64,000 nucleotides of DNA from Botryllus schlosseri. Taxonomy: Eukaryota. Position 1 is the stretch's first letter, and every line of letters starts with the position of its first letter. Below the pieces are notes generated by a model, which did no database searches, had not been told where the DNA came from, and saw nothing but the letters and a program-made list of their open reading frames with translations. The stretch spans positions 17,422,001 through 17,486,000 of the forward strand of contig CM119381.1 in the NCBI GenBank assembly GCA_051294905.1, read 5' to 3'. Made by a program: the position numbers and the translations under genes. Below, one piece after another: positions 39,761-51,000 of this stretch.

Positions 39761-40118
39761 AAACGCTGTCCGAGATGAAGCCTTAGTTCTGCGATGGAGG
39801 AATAGAACAGCACTCTTACGATTGTCATGGTGACGTCAACAACATGAAGCATAAATGTTGGATGGTAAACCTAATTCGGTAAATCATGCGTGCCTCAAAC
39901 TGAACTCTGTATCCAACCGGCAAGTCGTGGACCTCCACAAGGAATGCCAATATGAATAAAATTGCAAATTCACAGTGCTATCTGTTTACGTATATATGCG
40001 ATAATATTGACACTATCCTAAGATATGTAGCCTATATATGCTATTCACATCTATAATAATATATATAATATATAATATGTATATTTATAATATATTATGC
40101 TCCCGATTTGTGCTATAA

Positions 40119-40661
40119 CAGGGACGGGCAACACACGGCCATCGACGGAATTTTGAGCGCCCTGCAGAGAGTTTCTACCCTTAAAGTGAAATTCTAGTCT
40201 AAAATTATTGACAAATATTATGGGTCACAGAATGAATCCCAGTTTGCCAATCTGAGAAAGAAAGTCATGACAAATGTTCTTTTCGTGTCTACAAACATTT
40301 TCGACCATTTACATTAACAAGACAAGGCTGCCTTCCAATATAACTGATGTTCACGTGCAGTCTTTCCTAAGGGTTTCTGCATACAACATGCAGCCAGAGT
40401 TCAAAGAACTTGTTGACAACTTTGATCGATCACAGATGTCTGATTGACTTGAAGAGCTATTGAAGTATACGTTAATAAATTCATCAAATGCTGTATTTTC
40501 GTACCTGTGCTTTAAACCTAAAGTTTACATTAAATACCACTTATTCTTGTATAGGTAGATAAATGCGCGATCAATGTAGCCTATCTATTCTGTAATCTGG
40601 CCCGCCAAGTACATAAACTTCCCATACTAGGCCCGCCGACCGGATAAGTTGCCCGCTCTTG
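40119..40661 (+). mobile_element. Non-autonomous hAT element with transposase C-terminal remnant
   Basis: Imperfect TIR CAGGGACGGGCAAC / GTTGCCCGCTCTTG. Internal FANLRKKVM.. and NKTRLPSNITDVHVQSFLRVSAYNMQPEFKELV resemble the C-terminus of Charlie/SPIN-like hAT transposases. Confidence 0.7.
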
Positions 40662-40777
40662 TGTTGTAGGGATATCTGAACAGTATTGACACTTAATTGG
40701 CAGGGATGTAATATTATGTTGAAAATCATAATACCATGGAGTACGGACTACCTATGGGGCAAAACCATTCCCTAGAT

Positions 40778-41990
40778 CAGTGGTTCTCAATCGGGGGTAA
40801 GGCGAAGCATTTTCAGGGGGTCCGCGGAAACTCTCTTTGCAAAATGGTTGAATACCTAATGTGTATTTCTTTCAATTAGGGATATCGCGAAGCAGCAGTT
40901 TTGCTTCATCGCTGCTTAAAACTTCAGGACTCACATCGACAGAATGGACTTTTTGTTGAGGTTTGTGCAAAACTAAAAAAGTCAGGGCATAGTGGAGGTC
41001 AATCAGGGTGACTTCGAAATATTTGCAAAAACCCATTTTCTCCTGTCATATACATAACCAGTATTCCAGAATAACTTGAAGATGAGCTGCTTGATAGAAA
41101 TGACTAGACTGGACGTTATATGTTCCTAAAAAATATGTTTCTTAATTTTGGTGAAATATATGTTGCGATAATACCCAACTGTCTCGTCGGAAGCGTTACG
41201 CGTTATTTATTATTAGGCTGCATTCGCCACCACCTATATTTGCGAATATGGATTTCGGCACTATTAGCTCATATCAAATCGAAGGCGCGGATTTACAAGA
41301 CACGTCCACGTATTAAAATAAATGCAGCTACCGAAATCGCTTTCAGATAAAAGTCTAAAGCCTACCCAATTACCCTCATAAATATTGGGTTACTATTGTT
41401 TGAGATCCAAAAAGAGGACACTTCTACAAAAATTCTGAAAGCCATGGTTCCGTCTAAAAAAAACTGGTGAATTTGAAATTTTTTCATCCAATTCTACTGT
41501 GTTGACTAAAAAATAGGTCTTCGCTTAGCTAGGACTCCCGAATTACCCACTTTTTCCGTTAATTTTATGGTGCTGACTAAAAAAAGGTCATCATATTGAT
41601 CGACTCCTGCATTACCCCCTTTTCTACAATTCTGCGTACCAATACTGCAGTTAAGTCGACTTTTTGACGGAATTTTAGTACTTTTATGAAAAATGAGGAC
41701 AATTTCCCAAAAAAGAGGACATTTAGGCGTCCTCCAAGGACACTTTCAATTTTGTCCAAAAAGAGGACAAAGCCTCCTAAAAGAGGACGTATGGTAATGG
41801 TAACCCTACATAAATAGCATGATGTTATTTTCAAGAAAAGACATTTTCCTGCTATTTATCATTAGCCTACAGTTAATATTTGCAGATGACGGATGATGGT
41901 TGCACGATAATTGAGCTAAAATTTGTTCTAATGCTTTGAGAGATCCGCGGGCTCTGTGACGGTTCAAAAGGGGTCTGCGAGGACTAGATG
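40778..41990 (+). mobile_element. hAT deletion derivative related to 12633-13584, with nested TAGGGTTACCATA-family element (~41400-41808)
   Basis: Starts CAGTGGTTCTCAATCGGGGG; internal AFATTYICEYGF..AHIKSK remnant; the right end is degraded. Confidence 0.7.
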
Positions 41991-42749
41991 CGATGCTCTA
42001 TACCAGAAGCGGGCGGCCTGCGGCCATAGAAGGAAATTTGTGTGGCCGTGGACACGTAATTCAATTAGTATGTGTTGGCGGCCGTCGACATGAAACTTGA
42101 TTTTACGAATTGACTCCCGAATTTTTGAGAGATCAGAGATCAGTTAATCTTTGAGAGATTTAATTGATCTTCAAACTTTCTTCGCGCTACTCGTGATTCA
42201 ATGCAACTTCATTTTCGACTTTAATATATAGTAGCGCCCTTTGCAATCTGAGCCCCAGAGTAGCATACAGATGCGAACAGCGGAGAAAAATGATCCACCC
42301 CATTTAGAAACAATAATTTGGAATCGTGTGCTCCTCACGAAAGAAATTTGTTTCTGGTATTTTTGGGATATCGCAATATCTTACCACTATACCGAGAATC
42401 CTGATGGGAGGTCAATAAACAACAGCAGGCAACAAAGTGACTAATGACAATTGGCCCACTCGAATATGCATCGTCATTTATAACTTGCCCTAAATTTTTG
42501 AAAACACTCCCTCCATCAACCCATGATCACATGGGCTAGAAAAGGATAAATATTTGATAATAAGATGTGAAACTACGAATATTAATGACGAATCTGAAAA
42601 AAAATTCCACGCCTGGCGCGACCATAGCTTCTACCAGTAACTATTCACTACAAGGAAGGAAAGGACGTAGTTTATTTTTGTCCTTGAAGGTGTTTGCGGA
42701 ATATACACCGACTCATGATATACAATATACATACACACGATCATGCATA

Positions 42750-42985
42750 CCATGAGTACATGACGCGTATATACAGCTGGACAAGGAAGGTGCAGGTACA
42801 GCCTTGTACGGCTTTTCAAGGCTTGCACCACCCCTCCATGCCATCCCAGTAAATGCATGAGCGCCAAGAGGGAAAGTCATGGATACCGGTGTTACTTATC
42901 AGGTCTTTGGTCTGACCAGGCCGGGGATCGAACCCACGATTTACCGATCAAGAATCCGGACGCTTCACCATTACGCTATCTTGTC
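42750..42985 (-). mobile_element. tRNA-derived SINE
   Basis: - strand head GATAGCGTAATGG (A box) ... GGGTTCGATCCCCGGCC (B box), followed by a non-tRNA body GGTCAGACCAAAGAC...GGTATCCATGACTTTCCCTCTTGGCGCTCATGCATTTA. Confidence 0.8.
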
Positions 42986-43182
42986 AAGATCACTAACGAT
43001 TTCGATGAGTATTAAGACCATATGAAAAAGTAGATTAGTTCGGAGTTCGCCGGAAATGGACATGTTTATGTTTAATTTAACATAGGTATTTGGTGTCCAG
43101 TTGGTTCTTGGAATGTTCTGGAATGCCACCGTGTGAAGGTTGCTCACTCCTGCTCTATACGATGTGACGCGATTCCCTAGAT

Positions 43183-44139
43183 CAGACCTGGGCAAAGTGC
43201 GCGGCCCACGGGCCAAATGCGAGCCGTGGGGCTATTCTGAGCGGCCCGCGAACGGTTGCTTGGAATTCAAAACATAAAACCTATGTACCTAGCATGCGTA
43301 ATCCAGATTCAAAATAAAGTCTATGTAGCAAATTATGCCTTAACAATTTAAGTAACAAGAAGTCTCCAAACTTCTTTGTACCATTGTAACATTGCACATT
43401 ACACGGTCTGTGCTTCAAAATGTTACGTAATACGTTTCCTTATCCCTAATTCGTAAAACAAGTCAATCAGTTGTCAGTGATTGCTATGAGTCGCCCCTGC
43501 AGGAGGAACAGGCATGTTAAAAAAGAAAGCCGAAATCTGATATTCAAAGGAGGTTTGGAGTACTAAATATTTGTTTGTTGGAGTCAGGGTTGAACTCGTA
43601 TTTTTATTAGTTTCTACTAGGCGCGTCGCCCTGTTTAAGAGAGTATAATTATCGAGACTGTAGTATAATTAGAATAATTAAGTCGGTCTTATGACAAAAA
43701 GACGAAGACATACGCTCGGTCAAGGGAAGGCGAATTGCAGAACTGTAAGCTTCGCTCAACAAACAAGGCTAATTCACCAAGCTGCACAATGCTCGGCAGG
43801 CAGCGACCAAGACAAAACGCTGTGTAGCATACCAAATAGATTTTAATGTATTGATAGAAAAATGCAGATAGATGTTAAAAAGTGTTCAAAATGTATCATT
43901 TTTGGCATTATTTCGGAATATAACGACAAATAAATAAAATATTATTTTTTTGGTGATTAACCGCCACGTTCTCATTCGCTTGCTTATATCAACACATCCA
44001 ATGAACAGTGTAATTCCCTTCTTTCAATTTAGAATTAAAGCTAATAAGCTGGAGAATACCGCTAAAATTTTTGACTCGGCCGCCAACGTATTTTTTGCTT
44101 CTCATTTGGCCCGCGGAGGAAAATTATTGCCCACCCCTG
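43183..44139 (+). mobile_element. hAT-type non-autonomous element
   Basis: Ends CAGACCTGGGCAA / TTGCCCACCCCTG with GGCCCGCG subterminal motifs; TSD degenerate. Confidence 0.7.
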
Positions 44140-44226
44140 CCCTATATACTTGCCTGGCATCGTCAGTGACCAGGTCGTGCCCCAGTCAATCTATCCTCGC
44201 AGAGATTCCGACAGGTACATCCAACT

Positions 44227-45274
44227 TAGGGTTGCCATACGTCCGGAATTTCACTGTTCAAACTAGCGTCCTGGAGGAATTTCTAAAATATGCCAAATGT
44301 CCGGAATTTTGAAGACTTGACGTAGGCTCGTAACTTTTTCGTAAATCAGCATAAAGACAATATATTTAGGGGAATAGTTATGGTGATGCATGATATTTTT
44401 CTCCGCGCTGCGCTCGATTTACTATCACATTTATTGATTTTAATATAGAGAATACCACCCTCGCAAAAATTGCAATAAAATATAAATAAAAACAACCTTC
44501 ATTCACTGGAACAAGCCTAATTGTAATCGCAATTCTAGGAGAACAATATATTCCTAGAGATCGTTAAGGTCGTTTAAATGCCTTATTCAAAGATAGTGGT
44601 TCGCCAAACGGTGGAGGAGGGTCGTTTGCAAAGGTGCTGACCTCTTTTAGTAATGAGCTCGTCAAATTTTGATCTGGGCTACGGAACATTTTCAAATTGG
44701 AAATGAAGTCGCGACCATCAAAAGTTAGAAGCCACCGGATGTGGGGTGTTTTTAAAGCTCCGTGGTGCGCACCGGCATGAGACGGATAAATAATCTTATC
44801 GGTAGGACATGAACATGACTTAACGATATGCAATTATGCTCACACTATTTCTAGAACTCATCATCCTCCACCAGCTCTACCGCTAACTCTGATCATGTGG
44901 GCGGAGAGTAGTATCTATATAGCAATATATGGAACAGCCAATATTGTTGACAGAATTCATTCAAATAATTAAACGACCAGATGCATTTAGAAATCAGACT
45001 CATACAGCAAACACCCCCCCCCCCCCCAGAAGTTCCATCGATTACCCTATAGTATGGGCTCAAACTCATTGTTCATTTGGGCGGGACGGGGCTGAAAACA
45101 TGTGTTTTCGGTCCCGGTTACACAACATATAGCTACATCATCCTGAACCGGATCGTGACCACCTCAGCGCTATGAGCAAAGCTTTGCTAGTGTGACGTCA
45201 TAACTCATTTTGAAATCCACCAGTGGGCGCTAAAGAGTGTCCGGAATTGGGGTTTCAGAAATATGGTAACCCTA
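44227..45274 (+). mobile_element. TA-flanked MITE (TAGGGTT(G/A)CCATA termini)
   Basis: TAGGGTTGCCATACGTCCGGAATT / ATATGGTAACCCTA with repeated TCCGGAATT subterminal motifs. Confidence 0.75.
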
Positions 45275-46559
45275 ATCCAATTCAAGCATGCAAATACAAA
45301 GTCAGCTATCTACCACTTCAGGCCCTAACTGCCAAATAGGGGAGATGTGGTACCGATGGATCAAAAATTGCAAATTGATCTCTAGCCCTGAAATCTTCAG
45401 CCGAGAATACAGATCTTTTGCTGTCTGAACACTTCGATACAAGCTCTACTTATCGCGGACATTTACATGAATATCCGCCTTTTCAATAAATATTTATAAA
45501 CGCTTAAAATTTGTTGCTCGAACGTGTCATGGTCCCCACCCGGTGGGTCCAAAGGCACACGACCATGGGACCTATATGAGACATACGCTCAAAACTCAAA
45601 TTCGTTAACTTGTTTTGTTGTGTACTATAAGCTAAGCTACAGCAAGCCAATTAAGAATGTTTCGTCGCGATCTTCAAGAATAAAATAGATTATATAAACT
45701 CAAATGTTGGCATAAAATCATGTTTTGATTTACGCCTAAACTTACAAAATTAATGCCACATACATATTACCCGCAAATCGACATTTTGACTTTCAAATAC
45801 CCCGTAATAGCGATAAAACACCACAGGTACCTATGATATACAGCCTATATATATGTAGCCGAGTTTCTGTTGTTAAGTGATTAGTTGGTCCATCTATTCT
45901 GCTTGATTTGGCTATGGTACCATATAGGTCCCCCACCCCATAAATATTGTAATTTACTTGAAAAACAGTCCACTCGGGGATGGTATTGATTCAAAAAAGA
46001 TGTACCATTATATACCCTGATACAAGCCCTATACTTCACATGAAAAATTATGGCGGGTTTGTTAGTCTGAAATTTGATATAGAAAAATGCAAATGTCGAT
46101 CCAAATTTACTTTACACCCCCTAAAACGTCGATTTTTTTGCATGTGAGGAAAGGTTTTGTCAGCATGTAATTGTGGACAAATTCACGGAGTGTAATCATG
46201 GAATTATCATGGAGGATTTTTCAAGTATTGCCGGTCCCAGTGATCCATCGGTACAACATATCCCCTACTACCACTAATTCATGCTACCAAACGCGACAAC
46301 TCGCATCCATCTTCAGTCGCGCTTTCAGCCAACTCGTTAACCAACAACGTCAACACTCGGCGTCCAGCCATACCACGCCGTCCACGCGCAACATAAATTC
46401 CAAACAGTAAATACAGAACAATCTGGAAACCACATTATAGATCCAAATATCCAGAAGTGCAGATCCAAACGATCATCCATTTTGTATAATGTATAGGTTT
46501 AGCACGAAAAACCCACCCCGTGTATAGGTGGAGGTTTTAGCTGTTTCACGCGCGGTTTG

Positions 46560-46901
46560 GAATGGTTAACTATATAAAATTATTTTTACGAAATATAATT
46601 GAAATTTTAACATTCGGCGAAAAAATTGCTCTGAAAAGGATGTTAGGAGATGTGGGAGTGAAGATCTAGAAACACCTCAAAATAGTCGGTTCAACAGCTA
46701 TAGTATAGTACGTAGATATTTCATCAAAGGAGCTATTTTATTTACCCCATATTTTCACTTGTCAATGCCAATCCACTATGACGTCACAGTTGAATATTCC
46801 TGACGCCACGGTTTAAAATAAACAACAACATAAAAAGCACAATAAAAACATGTTTTGAACATGTTCGTTTCAAATTGATTTTTGTTTTATATGCAACTCT
46901 A
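46560..46901 (-). mobile_element. Partial copy of TAGGGTGGCATTTAAAA-family MITE
   Basis: CAATCCACTATGACGTCACA and TCAAAGGAGCTAT are reverse complements of parts of 9372-9883. Confidence 0.6.
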
Positions 46902-47437
46902 AATATACTGCTGCGCATATTAATATGGCCAACGGCCATATACGTTACGATGTCAGGTAATTTACTTGGTCCCGGTATTAAAAAATGGGACTATCCCCTC
47001 TCGCAGTCTGAAAAACACGGGCTAATTTGAACGAATAAAGTGGGGCGTAATGAATTGATGAGCAAACAGATAACCAGCGTGAAAGAATTAGATTGTCGTG
47101 TACAATAATTGATTTCCGGTCCCGGATATTCCTTGCAGTAAGTGAACAGTTAAGTGTGTGCTGATTAGACCCTCGACTGCCGGTTATATACGAGTTCTGA
47201 CCATTAGGGCTGCAATTGAGATTATTCACCTCGATATTTCCACAGAGTCTGTGAATGCTCAAAATCCTAATTGATGAGTGCCCTGAGTTGCGAAAACTAA
47301 CGAAGTCTTCTCAATTTCCGCGAAACTATGCCTATCTAGCGGATTAGGCATGGTCGTTTACTGAATCCGCATCTTTTCCGCTACCCGATGAAATTGAAAA
47401 GCGTAAAATTGATGTCAATGTCAATGGTTGAAAGTAT

Positions 47438-47443
47438 TTTATT
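47438..47443 (-). terminator. Candidate AATAAA polyadenylation signal of Sall
   Basis: AATAAA on the - strand ~610 nt downstream of the predicted stop at 48057. Confidence 0.45.
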
Positions 47444-48056
47444 AACTTGCCGTTGAGAGTTCGAGGAAAGTTCCAGTACTAACACAATCCGTGATAATAT
47501 TACAGGTTTGACAGCAAATATCAAAAACTAAACTTGAACAGACCGCATACAATAAATAGCAGCAAAAGAAATTGATTAAAGCAAACGGACAAACGCAATA
47601 ACCACGGCTTTCTACGCATCATCAATCGGTCGTAATCCATCCACATTCACTATGGGATAACAGTGTTAGTTGTATGATAACCATAGATAATAATAGCAAG
47701 AAAAACGAAACTCAAAGAAATACGTAGTTACTGATATTTGACACGTCTTAAACCAACAGCAAGCTCGATACCGGTCGCATGACTACACAAAACACCAAAC
47801 CAAACAAGAACGAGAGCAGCTCAACCTATCTTGCGAGAAAATGTACATAATTGCTAGCAGCAGAAGAACGGATAATGTGCTGTCTTTTGTTTTCAAATAG
47901 CAGAAAAAATATGGAATGTGATTATGCAATGTGACGAATAACAGCTATGAGTGTGTTCGTGATAGAAATAATATGATATAATTCTCAACTAAGGAAACAG
48001 CACCACCAAACGAGTCCTTCAAAATTCCACGCAACCTCTTCCTGATACGGTATCTT

Positions 48057-51000
48057 TCAATTGACCTGTAACAAAGAAGTCGAATATGAGATGGATTGAA
48101 GCATACGAAATTGTTTAATATTCTACTATGTGTTTCGTGGCATTTTTCACTTTACGTTAGTCATGAAGTAGTTTTGACATGTAATTGAGTGCAATTTCAG
48201 AGTCACTTCTACCTCCTTTTGAACAGCAACGCTGACTAATGTGACAAGCTCTAATTTTTCCAACCTATCTGTGTATCGTGTATACGATAAGGATTGGGGT
48301 AGCATTGATTCATTTGCCAGTATTCACGGAGTCACAGACTGCGAATTTTAAGCTACTTATTAATAGTTGAAGCGTACCCGTATCGGCTACGTTTAACGTA
48401 TATCAGTCAACATAGGGAGATTATAGATCTGTTGCGGGCATTATGTTTATGTTTTTGCAACTGATTGCATTAATATATTCATACCTGTCCCTGCGTGCGT
48501 TGGTACGCTTTCAAGAACCATTCCGTCGCAGCAGTAACGTTCGGGTTGGTATTCCCGGTGAGTCCGCCTTTGGGACTACCAAGTTCCGTAGCCGTCAAAG
48601 GAGACCCGTTGGAAGACACTGCGAAAGTACCATCGATTACGTACTGGCACGTGAATTGAACCCCCCACCATTTACATTACCTGGTGATGACGCAGAATTG
48701 ACGCCTTGTCCGTTGGTGGCCGGCATCATGAATCGCGAAGCGGCGTCTTGCTTAGCCGATAGAATGCCCCTCGCTAAAGCAGCGTACTGCTAAAATGAAA
48801 GATACAATGTTGATACGAATTTTTCGTGGTAGATGCAGACCATAGGTGGTCAGTAACGAGGTATTTCTACCTTTATGGAGTACTCCAGAATGTCTCACCT
48901 GGTACAACGCCGCCGGGTCCGCCACCTGACCGCCGCCTGGGAACTGAATGGTAGGTTGCGTCGGCTGAGCTCTGGTCATGTTCTTCATCCAAGGCGAGAT
49001 GAGAGGGTTGTCCATGGAGATACGCCTGCCGCGTCTGGATCCGCCCGCACCCCACACGTGAGTGCCCATGTGAACCTTGAGATTGCCCTTCGTAGTGAAA
49101 GCCCGGCCGCACACGTTGCACGCGAATGGCTTCTCTCCGGTGTGCGTGCGGTTGTGAATCTGAAGCAACCAGAGGTGATGGTCAGTAACGATGTACCAGG
49201 CTCCTTTACGGAGCGCTCAAGGAGATTTGCCTACTCATATAGGTATCATATGCCCCGTTTCACGTCTATGTACTCTACTTCTGTTCACTATAGTATTACA
49301 TTTTTTGCACTTTGGGTTTTCAAAAATGGAAGATAATTCTGGGACATGCTTGCATCAATTTCACAATTGAAATGGTCATGATAACCGGGCGTAAGAGCCC
49401 TTCGATCACGGTTGCTGAACATTTTTCGAAAATGGCACCTATTTACAGTGACGCTGGAAATTTGCATTGCTCGCTCGCGAAGGCGGACCCTGCAATTTCG
49501 TAAACGGCGACCTCCGATTAATTGATAAAAGCCCATTCACTAAATCCTCTTTTTGAAAATACTTACTTTTAAGTACTGTTCGGATCTTTCATTTTCTACT
49601 TCTACTTCAAGCATTTTTTCGCGAGTCCTCTAAATTACTTGGAATACAGTAGAAATTTCCAGTGTTTCTTCCACTTCCACTCGAGTAGCTACTTAGAGCA
49701 CCTCCGACCGTACATACCGCGAGACCTAATATAACTCCCGTAAAGCAATATTACCTGCAAAGAGCTAGCCGAGGAAAACTGCTTCTGACAGATGTGGCAC
49801 CAGTGGCGCGGTAAACTGCTGAGTTTCGACGGCGGTTCGGAAGCGTCCATGCGCTCAGATGGTCGCTATAACGAAATGGCATGGTGACGCAAACAATCTC
49901 TACTTTGCCATGACGAGATTCGCGTATACCTTGATAGCTGTTGACAATCGCGGTTCGCTCGGTGTTGGAGACGTTGACGGGGTGGAAGAACCGCTGGCGG
50001 CGTCTGTAATATTACTACTAGTTACCTTCACTGTGCAGAACACCAGTATGGCTGGCGTAAAAAAACATTGCACTATACGGTTGTTGTCAGTAAATAAGCA
50101 CCTGTAGTTTTTATAAGTGTCCCAAATAGGCTTTTCCTATTTCCACTAATGACTCGATTCAGTCAAGTGATTATGTGTTTATAGTACAGTTGGACAGCTT
50201 TTTCAGCAATACTGCTTGCTTTTTTTTACAATTTGGATTTCGTAGAAAGAAGTTTTAGCATAAGTTTTCATTACTTTTAAAAGTTAACTTGGCATAGAAA
50301 CCCCGCGAAATACCATGGTAACTAAATATATATTTGAAGATTGCATCCACACGCAGTGTAATTATTAGTCATGTAGCATTAGTCACGAAGACAAAAGTTC
50401 CAATTTCGAAAGCAGCCCCCTCCCGTTACCTGAAAATAGTATGCGATCACCACATAATCACGGAGTCACTTCTCTTTCTACTTGACAATAAACTCTGACT
50501 ACTTTGGCCCCTCTGATACTTGCATAATATACATGCCAGTAAAAACTGCGGGATTTCAGATACCCTCCTCGAACGGATAAACGTGAATCCCACGGTCTTC
50601 ACAAAACATAACTTACTTTTTGGGCTCGACACTGGGGCCAGCATTTGTTCGGGGATGTCCGTGATGTTGTGAGTGAGCAGGTGCTGCTTCAGGTTGCCTT
50701 TCGTGGTGAAAGCCCGTTGGCAAATTTGGCACAGAAACGGCCGTTCCTTGGTGTGGGTGCGCAAATGAATCTGCAACAATTGAAACGTTGACAACGCCGT
50801 CACCATCAATCCAATTTATCAACTTACCTCCAGCGCGCTTTGACACGAAAACGGTTTCTCGCAAATTTCGCACACAGTCAGACGCCCAGCTCTCGCTCTG
50901 TTCAGCGCCGCCAGTTGGTGGTCTAGCATAGTTCCACCGTGACCCGCCACGTCAACACTGCAAATTAGCATCCGATTATAGTTTTCACATTGTATCAAAT

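Noticed and set aside
39417-39833. 138-aa hydrophobic + strand ORF as a real membrane protein gene
   Set aside because: There is no splice context or recognisable family; the opposite strand gives the more protein-like (decayed) reading.
42900-42985. Functional tRNA gene
   Set aside because: It has A/B boxes but no complete acceptor stem or oligo-T terminator, and continues into a SINE body.
46171-46410. Coding-like, C-rich stretch downstream of Sall
   Set aside because: There are stops in the more protein-like frames, no linked exons and no recognisable homology.
48443-49336. + strand ORFs 48443-48793 and 48875-49336
   Set aside because: They overlap Sall exons on the opposite strand and run into MITE sequence; shadow ORFs.
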